64,000 bases of DNA from positions 196,921 to 260,920 of the forward strand of contig CAVXCM010000007.1 in the NCBI GenBank assembly GCA_963760275.1, written 5' to 3'. This document shows positions 31,077 through 41,312 of this stretch, piece after piece. The notes beneath the pieces are model-generated. The model was not told where the DNA came from. It was given only the letters and a program-made list of their open reading frames with translations, and ran no database searches. Every line of letters begins with the position of its first letter. Positions within the stretch are counted from its first letter, which is position 1. The position numbers and the translations under genes were made by a program. Source of the stretch: an uncultured Verrucomicrobiae bacterium (GTDB lineage: Bacteria; Verrucomicrobiota; Verrucomicrobiia; Limisphaerales; SIBH01).

Positions 31077-31976
31077 ATGAGCAATGCCCCGGTTCAAACG
31101 CAGGCCGGACTTGAAGCGCAACCTCCGTTGCCGGTGCGTCGTTTGCACAACTTCATCTATTGCCCGCGGCTGTTTTATTTCCAGTGGGTCGAAAACATTT
31201 TCCAGGAGAACGCGGACACGGTGGCGGGCAGTCACGCGCATCGCAACGTGGATGCGCCGTCGAAGCTGGAGGACGCCAAGGAACTCGGCCTGCCGGAAGG
31301 GGCGAAGATTCGCAGTCTCAAGCTGGAGAGCGAAGCGCTGGGGCTGGTCGGCGTGGTGGACATTGTCGAGGGCGGGCCGGAGGGCGCGGAGGTGCTCGAT
31401 TACAAGCGCGGCTCGGCGCGGCGGAACGCGGAGGGCGAACGCGAGGCGAAGGAGCCGGACGCCATCCAGGTGGCCGCCCATGCGCTGCTCCTGCGCGAGC
31501 ACGGGGTGAACGCGGTGCGCGGCGCGATCTATTACGCGGCGGACAAGCGGCGCGTGCCGGTGGATTTCACGGAGGAACTGTTTGGCAAGGTCACGAAGGC
31601 CATCACCGATGCGAAGCAGACGGCGAGCAGCGGGCGCTGTCCGCCGCCACTCAAGAATGATGCGCGCTGCCTGTATTGCTCGGCGTATCCGGTCTGTCTG
31701 CCGAATGAAACGCGCTGGTGGGCACAGGCGCGGAAGGAGGCGGTGCCGGAGCCGCAGTTACACTTTGCGTTCAGCCCGCCAGCGGAAGATCGATTGCGCG
31801 AACAGATTCTTGAGGCGCTGGATTTCGCCGCGGAGTCGGGCCTGCGCGTTGGTCAGGTTCACAAAGTTCGTCCGCGCAGTCGCCGCAATTCCGAAGAGCG
31901 TGAGGCGGCCACTCAGGTTCGGCGAGATACGTGTCAGTATCCAGGCGCGCAGTCGCCGCAATTCCGAAGAGCGTGA
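31077..31976 (+). CDS. cas4: CRISPR-associated Cas4 (N-terminal part of a Cas4-Cas1 fusion, Cas1 lost); the ORF runs on into the array
   Basis: LHNFIYCPRLFY, GVVDIVE, LDYKRG, Q...ALLL, CLYCSAYPVCLP (4-Cys Fe-S cluster). Confidence 0.85.
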   Translation: MSNAPVQTQAGLEAQPPLPVRRLHNFIYCPRLFYFQWVENIFQENADTVAGSHAHRNVDAPSKLEDAKELGLPEGAKIRSLKLESEALGLVGVVDIVEGGPEGAEVLDYKRGSARRNAEGEREAKEPDAIQVAAHALLLREHGVNAVRGAIYYAADKRRVPVDFTEELFGKVTKAITDAKQTASSGRCPPPLKNDARCLYCSAYPVCLPNETRWWAQARKEAVPEPQLHFAFSPPAEDRLREQILEALDFAAESGLRVGQVHKVRPRSRRNSEEREAATQVRRDTCQYPGAQSPQFRRA

Positions 31977-32053
31977 GGCGGACTCATTCAGGGCCGTGCG
32001 GTTGTTCATGTATCCGGCGCGCAGTCGCCGCAGTTCAAAGGGTATGTGGCAGT
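31873..32053 (+). CRISPR. Mini/relic CRISPR array: two identical 36-bp repeats plus one degenerate repeat, spacers of 36-37 bp
   Basis: cgcgcagtcgccgcaattccgaagagcgtgaggcgg at 31873-31908 and 31946-31981, degenerate copy from 32018; adjacent to cas4. Confidence 0.75.
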
Positions 32054-32105
32054 GCTCCCTTCGCTGCTGCCTTCGCCCTTCGCGGAAATTATGCCGTTGC
32101 TGCAA

Positions 32106-32379
32106 TTCAAGAGTGTGAGGAAGGGCGTTGGCTCGACGGAGTCTCGCCCCACCCACGCCGGACTTGGCTCGGCGGAGTCTTGCCCCACCTACACTGCGTT
32201 CGGGTCGGTGGCGGGTTGGCATTCTGATTTGCGCATGCATTGTGGGCGGGTAGGAATTGCCAGTTTGACACGAATATGAATTCGAAACTTTTCAGCAGTG
32301 TTGTTGCGGTCACGTTGTGCGCGCAGTGGGGGCTGGGTGCCGCCAGTTTTGATTGGCCTCAATGGCAGGGACCGAATCG
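32106..32379 (+). repeat. Direct repeat, copy 2 (contains one extra REP unit)
   Basis: Matches 30252-30493. Confidence 0.95.
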
Positions 32380-33979
32380 GGACGCGCATTCGAAGGAGAC
32401 CGGCCTGCTCACGGCGTGGCCGAAGGATGGCCCGCCGCTCGCCTGGAAGGTGAAGGCGCTCGGAGGCGGGGACAGCACGCCGTCCGTGGCGGCCGGCCGA
32501 ATCTACGGCATGAGCCATCGCGGCAATGACGAAATCGTCTGGGCACTTTCAGAGAAGGATGGCAGGGAAATCTGGGCGGTGCGAATCGCTCCGGCGCAAC
32601 CTCAGAATTGGCCACAGTCCAAAGAGGGCCCGAGCGCGACTCCGACGGTGGACGGAGACCGGCTGTATGTGATGGGGCTCGCCGGCAATGTGGCCTGCCT
32701 CCAGGTGGCGGATGGCAAGGTGCTTTGGCAGCGAAACCTGGTGGCGGATTTCAAGGGGCGCAGTCCGATGTGGAGTTTCCGGGAGTCGCCCCTGGTGGAT
32801 GGCGACAAGGTGATTTGCACCCCCGGCGGAGAGGAAGCCACGATGGTCGCGTTGAACAAGCGGACGGGCGAGACGATCTGGAAAAACCAGGTGCCGGACC
32901 GTGCGGCTGCCAGCCCGACACAAACTCGCGGGCCGGGCGGCAATCGCCCCCCTGCGATGCAGACGGATTTGGTGCTCTCGACGCTGGACAAGGACCAGAG
33001 CAAGGACCTCTCCGCCGATGAACTCACGGCAGCACCGACCGTTCTCCTGACCCTGGACAAGAATCAGGATGGAAAACTTTCCGAGGATGAAGTGACACCG
33101 GCAAGCGCAGGCGGCGACGGACAAGGTGCGACTCGCCGTCGCCGCGGCCCGGGCATCATGCGGATGATCAAGGCGCTCTCGGCGCTGGATGCAGACGAGA
33201 GCGGCATGATTGAAGACGCCGAAATCAAGGGCGCGGTGGCGGCGTTGAAAAAGCTGGATGGCAACGGCGATGGCACATTGACGGAGGATGAGGCGGGCAT
33301 GAAATCGATGAGCCCGCCGAACACGGGAGCGGCGTATTCGTCCGCGATCGCGATCGACTTCGGAGGGCAGCGTCAGTACGTGCAACTTCTGGCCATGACG
33401 GTCGCCGGAGTATCCGCGGCGGATGGCAAGTTGCTGTGGCGTTATGACAAGCCGGCGAATTCAATGCGGATTAATATCTCAACGCCCATTTATCACGACG
33501 GCCATGTGTTCGCGGCGACGGCGTATGGCGCGGGCGGTGGACTGGCGAAATTGGTGAAGAAGGAGAACGGCGAGTTTGCCGCCGAAGAGGTGTGGTTCTC
33601 CAAGTCGATGGAGAATCATCATGGCGGCGTGATCCTTCATGACGGGGCGTTGTTCGGCGCGAACGGCGGCAACGGCGGCGGCTACCTGGCGTGCCTCGAT
33701 TTCAAGACGGGCGAGGTGCTGTGGAACGAGCGCGACGCGGACAAACGCCGCGTGACCAAGGGCTCGGTTGCCTTCGCCGATGGCCGAATCTATTACCGCA
33801 CTGAGGAGGGTCCGATTGTTCTGATTGAACCCAGCCGCAAGGAGTATCTGGAGCGCGGACGGTTCGACCAACCCGACCGCACGGACAAGCCCGCCTGGGC
33901 GCATCCCGTCATCGCGAACGGCAAGCTCTACATCCGGGATCAGGACACGTTGTTCTGCTACGACGTGAAGGCGAAGTAA
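32276..33979 (+). CDS. PQQ-like beta-propeller protein with an inserted EF-hand region
   Basis: [51 protein letters not shown] and [13 protein letters not shown]. Confidence 0.88.
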   Translation: MNSKLFSSVVAVTLCAQWGLGAASFDWPQWQGPNRDAHSKETGLLTAWPKDGPPLAWKVKALGGGDSTPSVAAGRIYGMSHRGNDEIVWALSEKDGREIWAVRIAPAQPQNWPQSKEGPSATPTVDGDRLYVMGLAGNVACLQVADGKVLWQRNLVADFKGRSPMWSFRESPLVDGDKVICTPGGEEATMVALNKRTGETIWKNQVPDRAAASPTQTRGPGGNRPPAMQTDLVLSTLDKDQSKDLSADELTAAPTVLLTLDKNQDGKLSEDEVTPASAGGDGQGATRRRRGPGIMRMIKALSALDADESGMIEDAEIKGAVAALKKLDGNGDGTLTEDEAGMKSMSPPNTGAAYSSAIAIDFGGQRQYVQLLAMTVAGVSAADGKLLWRYDKPANSMRINISTPIYHDGHVFAATAYGAGGGLAKLVKKENGEFAAEEVWFSKSMENHHGGVILHDGALFGANGGNGGGYLACLDFKTGEVLWNERDADKRRVTKGSVAFADGRIYYRTEEGPIVLIEPSRKEYLERGRFDQPDRTDKPAWAHPVIANGKLYIRDQDTLFCYDVKAK

Positions 33980-34017
33980 CGAGGGGGCGGAGTTCCGCGC
34001 GGGAAGCCGGGTGTTGA

Positions 34018-34476
34018 GTGGCTCGCGCGGACAGTTCGATGGGGCACGGAACAATTCACCGGGCGGAGGCTGTCCATGATGGTTCCATGCACGGAACCAG
34101 CCTCCTGCTTACGACCGAGCGCGACGCGACCGTTTCCCTCGAGGCCGATGGCAAACATATGAGCGTTTCTGTCTCGTCTGCGGGGAAGCCTCCTTACGAA
34201 GCGAAGCTGGTCTTGGCGGCCGGCGCAGCCGCATCGGACTCCTCTCACGCCGAGTCCGCGCAGGTCTTACTGCGGGTCGAGAGTGGCGGTAGCAATGTTG
34301 GGGCTCCCGCGACCTATCCAATGCCAGCCGGTGCGAAGCTGAATGAGTTTTTTACCTCCTCCGTTTCACCCGGAACATATCCACTCGACACGCCGCTAGT
34401 GGTCGGAACTCTTAACGCAAAGCCGAATCCTACTTACAGTTCGAAGCTCTCCGAAATAATACGCAACGACTCCTGA
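34018..34476 (+). CDS. Hypothetical protein or fragment
   Basis: 152-aa ORF with no recognised motif. Confidence 0.3.
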   Translation: MARADSSMGHGTIHRAEAVHDGSMHGTSLLLTTERDATVSLEADGKHMSVSVSSAGKPPYEAKLVLAAGAAASDSSHAESAQVLLRVESGGSNVGAPATYPMPAGAKLNEFFTSSVSPGTYPLDTPLVVGTLNAKPNPTYSSKLSEIIRNDS

Positions 34477-34630
34477 GAAACCAGACGCGTAAGTCATGGG
34501 TTAGGCACAAGTTGGGGAATTCATGAGGCGGTCGGGTCTTGCCGGCGGACAGCTTCCTTCTCTTCATCTTCGCCTCTTCTTTTAAGAAGACCTTCCCGTG
34601 GACCACCTCCCCCCAATCGCACCCGCTCTT

Positions 34631-35851
34631 TTACGGAACCTGCGGGAGAAAACCTTCCTTCGTTAGACGCGCGCAGATGCGGCCGACATGTTCGCGGTCG
34701 CGACTTTCAATCACGCAATGAACCACCACCTGGGAAATGTCGTCGCCCGCAAAGGCTCGGTCGTGTTCCACGTCCCGCACGCTGGCACCTTCTTCGGCGA
34801 GGATGGAAGCGAAGCGGGCGAGTCCACCAGGACGATCGCTGATGTGCGCAGTGATGCGGCAGAGCCGGCCATCCGCCGCGAGGCCTCGTTCGAGGATGCG
34901 GCCGAGCATGTTCGTATCGATGTTGCCCCCGCAAAGCGGCAGCACGACTTTTTTACCACGCAAGCTCCGGCAGCTGTTCCGGCGAGCAAGGCAGCGAGGG
35001 GCGTGGCGCCCGCGCCTTCGACGACTGTCTTCTCCAACTCCACCAAGCGCAACACGGCGAGCGCAATCTGGTGTTCGTCCACGGTCACGGTCTTGTCCAC
35101 CCGCGTTCGAGCGAGGGCGAACGCGTTATCGCCCACCCGCGGCACCGCCAGGCCATCGGCCAGAGTGGGTTCGATGTCGATGGCAATGGGCGCGCCATGT
35201 TGCAGCGCGGCATCGAAGCTGGCGGCACGCTCAGCTTGCACGCCGATGATTTGCACCTGAGGCTGGAGCGACTTCACCGCGAGCGCCACACCGGCGATCA
35301 ATCCTGCGCCGCCAATCGGAACAAGGATGGCATCGCAAGTCGGGCACTTGCTCCAGGATTTCCAGGCCCATGGTCCCCTGCCCCGCGATGATGGCCGGAT
35401 CATCGAAACCGTTGATGTAAGTGAGCTGCTCCTCGCGCACGAATTGCATCGCGTGCTCGCGGGCTTCGCCGATGTCGTGCCCGTGCATCAACACGCGCGC
35501 GCCCATGCGTTCGCAGGTGCTGCACTTTCATGAGCGGCGCGAACTTCGGCATGACGACCGTGACAGGGACCCCGAGCAATCTGTCCGTGATAGCTGAGCG
35601 CGGAGGCGTGGTTGCCGGCGGACGCGGCGATGACGCCGCGCCGTTTCTGTTCGGGCGCTAAGCAGCAGCAAGGCATTGCGCGCGCCGCGTTCCTTGAAGC
35701 TGCCGGTGCGTTGCAGGTTCTCGAACTTGCAGAAGATTTCGCAACCGGTGATTTCCGAGAGCGCGAGCGACGGAGTGCACGGTGTGCGCAGCACGGCGTC
35801 ACGGATCCGGCCGGCGGCGCTGGTGATATCCTCGATAGAGACCGGTTTCAT
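34631..35851 (-). CDS. ilvA: Threonine ammonia-lyase with C-terminal ACT domain (several frameshifts)
   Basis: KFENLQRTGSFKERGA, ASAGNHA, IIAGQGT, PIGGAGLIAG, VEGAGA, CGGNID, DRPGGLA. Confidence 0.85.
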
Positions 35852-35924
35852 TCCAGGAAGAGAAAAACGTTTTCCGCGACGGGGCAACGAGAGCGAATGC
35901 GCTGAAGCCGTATTCGGGTCACGA

Positions 35925-37283
35925 CTAAATCCGTCTCGAAGTAACGCGTCTTCTCCCAATCGGTGACGGCATTATCGAACGCGCTTACTTCCAGTCGCGC
36001 GGTGTGAACGTAGAAATCCACCACCTCATCGCCCAACGCGGTGCGCGCGAGTTTGCTTTGGTCCAGCAGATCAGCCGCTTCGCGCAACGAGCTGCGGCAG
36101 CGAAGGCAGCTTGTTCATCGACGTAGGCGTTCCCGCGATAGTCGTCGCCGCAATCCAGGTCTTCCTCGATGCCGGCACAGCCCGCGATCAGCGTCGCTGC
36201 GAACGCGAGGTAGGGATTGGCATCGGCGCCCGGCATCCGGTTCTCGATGCGGAAGGAGCTGCCGTGCCCCACGACACGAAAACCGACGGTGCGGTTGTCA
36301 TGCGACCACGCCAGCTTCGTCGGCGCCCAACTGGCAGACTGGTAGCGTTTGTAAGCGTTGATCGTCGGGGCGAAGAAATAACAGAGCTCGCGCGAATACT
36401 TCATCAGGCCGCCGAGAAATTGACGGAACAGCTTCGAGCCGCACTTCTTCTCAGCATCCCAGAATGAACTTTCCTCCCCGCGCCACAGGCTGGTGTGAAT
36501 GTGGCAACTGCTGCCGGGCTCGTTCACGGACGGCTTGGCCATGAAGGTCACGGACTTGCCGTGCTGCATGGCGATTTCCTTCACGCCTTGCTTGAAGAGG
36601 CTGTGCATGTCGCCGACGCGCAGCGGCTCGTTGTAGATGAAATTGATTTCGTGCTGTCCCCGGCCCCACTCGCCCTTGCTCGATTCGACCGGCACTCTCG
36701 GCGGCCAGCATCTCGTTGCGAATCTGCCGGAAGAGCGACTCATCCGGCCGTCGGCTGCATGATGTGATAATCGATGCGGTAATCGCTGGAGGGCTGCAGG
36801 TTCCGATAGCCGCCCGTGAACGCGTCGTGATACGTGGTGTTGAAGAGAAAGAATTCCAGCTCGCTCGCGATATTGCACGTCAGACCCGCGTTGCGGCCAA
36901 GCCGCTCCAGTTGAGCGCGCAGAACCGAGCGCGGCGCCTCCGTCCACCCGGCTGGCCATCTGCGTGATGAAAATCACAAATCACCAGCGCGGTCGCGTTC
37001 TGCCAGGGGAGGATGCCGCAAGCGTCTCCAGGTCGGGACGAAACTCGAAATCGCCAAAACCCTTTTCCCAATTCGCGAGTTGAAAGCCGGTCTGCGGCTC
37101 CATCTCGATGTCCACGGTCAGCAGATAATTGCAGCCGTGCGTGCCGTGTTCCGCCACCGTGTCGATAAAGTCGCGCCCGGTGAAGCGTTTGCCCATGAGC
37201 TTCCCCGAGACGTCCGGGAACGCCACAATGACCGTGTCGATTTCACCGCTGTCCACGCGGCGACGCAAATCCTGGAGTGTCAT
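35925..37283 (-). CDS. Glutamine synthetase-like protein (gamma-glutamyl-amine ligase type), frameshifted
   Basis: IDTVIVAFPD..GKLMGKR, ESSKGEWGRGQHEIN, TFMAKP, GSSCHIH, DNRT, RIENRMPGADANPYLA. Confidence 0.85.
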
Positions 37284-37395
37284 GTTTGAGGAATGGAAAT
37301 GAGATGGAGACCAAACGAACCCGTGCAGGAAGCAGGAGGAGGCTCCATGCCAATTCGAAATTCCTTCATCCTCAGGCTCATAACGCGCTGCTGCT

Positions 37396-38835
37396 TTAAT
37401 CGGCGATGTAAATGTTCTTCAACTCGGTGTAGCCTTCAAGCGCGGCCATGCCCAGGTCGCGCCCGATGCCGCTTTGCTTGAAGCCGCCGAAGGGCGCTTC
37501 GACGTGCACGCTGGAATGGGAGTTGATGCTCAGCACCCCGCTCTCCACGCGCCGGGCCACGCGCAGCGCGCGCTTCAAGTCGTTGGTCCAAATCGATCCG
37601 CTCAAGCCGTAGGGCGACGCGTTCACCTCGCGCAACATCTCGTCTTCGTCGTCAAAGGGCCGGATGCACACGACGGGCCCGAAGACTTCCTCGCGCCAGA
37701 CGCGGTCACCGGTTTCCACCTCCAGCAGCACGGTCGGCTCCAGATAAAACCCGCGCGGCAATGTGCGGCCGCCGCCACAGGCAATGCGGCGCCCTGTGCT
37801 GCCTGGCTTCGTCGATGAACTTCTCGGACGTCTCACGCTGGCTCGCCGACACGAGCGGGCCGACTTGGGTGGATTCGAGGTCCGGCGCTGCCACGCGCAC
37901 TTGTTTGGTGGCGCGGACGAATCGTTCCACGAATTGATCGAACACCGGGCGTTCCACAAACATGCGGCTGCGGGCGCAACAATCCTGGCCGGTGTTGGCG
38001 AAGACGCTCATCGGCGCACTGGATGCCGCCTGCTCGAGATCCGCGTCCGCAAACACGATGTTGGGCGATTTACCGCCCAGTTCCAGCGAGACGCGCTTCA
38101 GATCGTGTGCCGCCAGTGGCCATGATGCGTTTGCCGACCTCCGTGGAGCCAGTGAACGAAATTTTGCGGATGAGCGGATGTTGCACCAACGCGTCACCGA
38201 CCTCGCGGCCCGCGCCTGGCACCACCTGCAACACGCCGGCAGGCAAGCCCGCTTCAGCCGCCACCTCGCCCAAGCAGCAGCGCGGTCAATGGCGACTGGC
38301 TGGCGGGTTTCAAGACGACACAATTTCCCGCGGCCAGGGCCGGCGCGACTTTCCAGCAGGCGATGGGGAAACGGAAAATTCCACGGCACAATCGCCGCGA
38401 CGACCCCCATCGGCTGCCGCAGCGTGAAATCAAACCCGCCGCGGGAAACGGGAATAGTTTGTCCGCCGAACTTCGTGACGGCGCCGGCGTAGATATTCGA
38501 AGATGCGGGCGCCGAGCGCAACTTCATCGCGTGCATCGCTGATCGGTTTGCCGATGTTGCGAGATTCAGACTGCGCGATGACTTCCGCCTTCTGGCGAAT
38601 GAGCGTGCGCCATCTTGAAAAGAATTTCCGCCCGCTTGCCAGGGTTGAGATCCCGCCAGGTTTGCTCGAAGGCGTGGTGCGCTCCGGCCACCGCGGAATC
38701 AATGTCCGAACGATCGGCCGCGTGCACTTCGACGAAGACTTCTTCCGTGGCGGGATTGACTTGCGAGAGCCGCGTCGCGCCGTGGCCGGTGACGAATTCC
38801 CCGTTGAGGAACAGATGCGTCTGGAACTGGCTCAT
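37396..38835 (-). CDS. Aldehyde dehydrogenase (frameshifted)
   Basis: [53 protein letters not shown]. Confidence 0.88.
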
Positions 38836-39993
38836 AGTGCCGCGCGATAAAGAGCCTTCAAGTCATCGCGATTCACCGGCACGGGATTGGTCAGGTGACA
38901 GGCATCATCGAACGCCTGATCCGCGAGCGCATCCAGTTGCGCTTCCTTCACGCCGTATTGGTGGAGGGAGTGTTTGACCCCGAGGTCGCCGATGAACTTC
39001 TTGATGAACTCGATGGTGCGGAAATCCGCCACTTCATCGGGAACACTCGCCACTTCCAAACCACACGCCAATCCCGACGCGGCGATAGAGCCCAACTTGC
39101 GCTGGGCATTGAAATGCATGACGTGCGGCAGGCAAACGGCGTTCGCCGTGCCGTGGTGCATGGCGGCCAGTGACGAGAGAGGATGAGCCAGGGAATGCGT
39201 GGCACCGAGATCCTTTTGGAAAGCCACGCCTCCCATCGCCGCGGCCACCAGCATGTGACCGCGCGCTGTCATGTCGTGTCCGTGTTCCACGGCGCGGGGC
39301 AGTGACTCGGACTATCAGCCGCATGCCTTCGAGCGCGATGCCATCGCACATGGGATTAAAGATCGGCGACGTGAACGATTCGATGCAATGCGTCAGGGCA
39401 TCGATGCCAGTCGCGGCCGTGAGATGCGGCGGCAGATCGCGGGTGAGGTCGGGATCGAGAATGACTAGTTTGGCCAGCAGCCGTGGCAGGAACAAGACGG
39501 CCTTTCGATGGGTGCCGGTGAGAGTGATGACGGAGCTTCGGCCCACTTCGCTGCCCGTTCCGGCCGTGGTGGGAATGGCGATGCAACGTGGCAGGCCGTT
39601 CCAATCATCGTTGAAGTTGAAATCCTTCAGCTTCAGGTCGGGCTTCTTCACCAACAGGCGCAAGGCTTTGCCGACGTCCAGCGCACTGCCGCCGCCAAAG
39701 GCGATGACCGTGTCACATTTCGCTTCACGAAATGTTTTGGCTGCCGCCACGACATCTTCCTCGAACGGGTTGGAGTGAACGTTATCAAACAATTCCCATG
39801 TCTTGCCGAGGTTGGCGCGGCCCAGATGATTGGCGAGCAACTCAAAGGCGGGGGTTTGCGCGAGGGCTTTATCCGTCACGACGAGCGCGCGCCGACCGCC
39901 CATTTGTCTCAGCCGGGCCGGCAGCTCAGCGCAAGCGCCAACACCATAGAGGATTGCGGTTGGAAACGAGAACGAAGCCAGATGTCCGGGCAT
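38832..39993 (-). CDS. Iron-containing alcohol dehydrogenase (frameshifted)
   Basis: GGGSALDVGK, IPTTAGTGSEV, GIDALTHCIES, HSLAHP, HHG.AN. Confidence 0.88.
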
Positions 39994-40247
39994 GGGCGAG
40001 AAGTTACCCGGATTGAGTTGGCGTGCACTGAAAAAATGATTTGAGACTGCAACGATGCCTGCCATTCGGCAGGCCTGGACGTTCGATGGGCCAAGGCCAG
40101 GCAGCCGTGGCAAAGCGCAGCAAGCGCGGGCTCCTTCCGCAACCAGGAGACGCCGTAAGTTGCGTCAGCATAGTCAGTTCTCAGTTGCAATCCACACTTG
40201 ATGCCACCTATAAAGCGCGCCCAGAAACGGTCAAACACCTTAACAAC

Positions 40248-41267
40248 ATGAAAAAATTCCTACTCCTTACACTGCTATCTCTTCTCTTGTCTTTCGCTTC
40301 CGCGCACGCCGTTGCCGCGTTGCCGGGATTCGAATCGTTGCGCGCAGAAACGCTCACGCAGCTCACGATCGCCAGCAACAACGTCGCGAACGAGATCGAC
40401 GTGAAAGCGAACCAGAGTTTGATCAAGACGCTCCAGGGCGCGCTCAAGCTCATCGACAAAACAAAACCCGATTACGGTTCTGGAGCGCGCGCGCTGGGCA
40501 GCCTGACCAAAACATACAATCGCACCACGGTTTCGAATGCCTTCCACCCTGTGCTCGAGGGGACGTTCAACTCCTACATCGCGTCTCTCAGGTCGGACGC
40601 CAACCAATTGCAATCCCGCCTCAACTCCACCTTCCCTGGCAAGGCTCGCACCTCGGCGGAAACCAGCATGACCCGTTTGGTCGCCGCCATTGATGCAGCC
40701 GAAACGACAGCGGACCTCGCCGCGGCCATCAAACTCCTGGCCACGGCGGGTAAGAGTTTAGGTGCGGCCCAGAAGGCGGTGGTGAAGGCGGAGAATGCTC
40801 CGTTGCCGCCGGCTCAATACCGCGCCACCATTACCGGCGCGCTGTTTGGAACATTCAATTTTACGCCCAATCCCAAGGAGGCCATCGCCGCCGTTTACAA
40901 TGCGCCGGTGAACCAACTCATCATCAACGGAGTGAGCGGAACGACGAGCGGCAGCGGATTGAACACCAAGGCAACGACGAGACAGCTGGCCATCACCATT
41001 CCCAACCTGACGGACGGAACGACGACGTACGAAGTGGGGAATGGCGGCGGCAAAGCGTTTGTTCTCTACACAATCGTCCGCGGTGGAATCAACGGCTCCG
41101 ATGGGGCTGATGGTTACCAGGCGACCAGCGGAACATTGACCGTGACAGTGAACAAGGCGGCTCGTACGGCCGTGGGCACGTTCAGTTTCAACGCTCCTGG
41201 TTCAACTAACCCGTCCAGCGTCGCGAGCACGTCGAATGGCACGTTCTCCGTCGTCTGGCGGGAATAA
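40248..41267 (+). CDS. Secreted hypothetical protein (helical N-half, beta-rich C-half)
   Basis: MKKFLLLTLL signal peptide; clean ORF followed by a terminator. Confidence 0.7.
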   Translation: MKKFLLLTLLSLLLSFASAHAVAALPGFESLRAETLTQLTIASNNVANEIDVKANQSLIKTLQGALKLIDKTKPDYGSGARALGSLTKTYNRTTVSNAFHPVLEGTFNSYIASLRSDANQLQSRLNSTFPGKARTSAETSMTRLVAAIDAAETTADLAAAIKLLATAGKSLGAAQKAVVKAENAPLPPAQYRATITGALFGTFNFTPNPKEAIAAVYNAPVNQLIINGVSGTTSGSGLNTKATTRQLAITIPNLTDGTTTYEVGNGGGKAFVLYTIVRGGINGSDGADGYQATSGTLTVTVNKAARTAVGTFSFNAPGSTNPSSVASTSNGTFSVVWRE

Positions 41268-41283
41268 GCTTCGGTTTTAATGC

Positions 41284-41312
41284 AGCCGCCCGGTTCGCCG
41301 GGCGGCTTTTTT
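41284..41312 (+). terminator. Rho-independent terminator between convergent genes
   Basis: agccgcccgg-ttcg-ccgggcggct-ttttt. Confidence 0.85.

Noticed and set aside
13020..32379. Diversity-generating retroelement (RT plus repeat pairs 13020/13855 or 30252/32106 as TR/VR)
   Set aside because: Mismatches between copies are not adenine-specific, the repeats cover gene 5' ends, and the RT has GIPQG and a long C-terminal extension, unlike compact DGR RTs
40055..40075. Sigma-54 promoter upstream of the ADH operon (tggcaggcatcgttgc, minus strand)
   Set aside because: GG-to-GC spacing is 11 nt rather than the required 10
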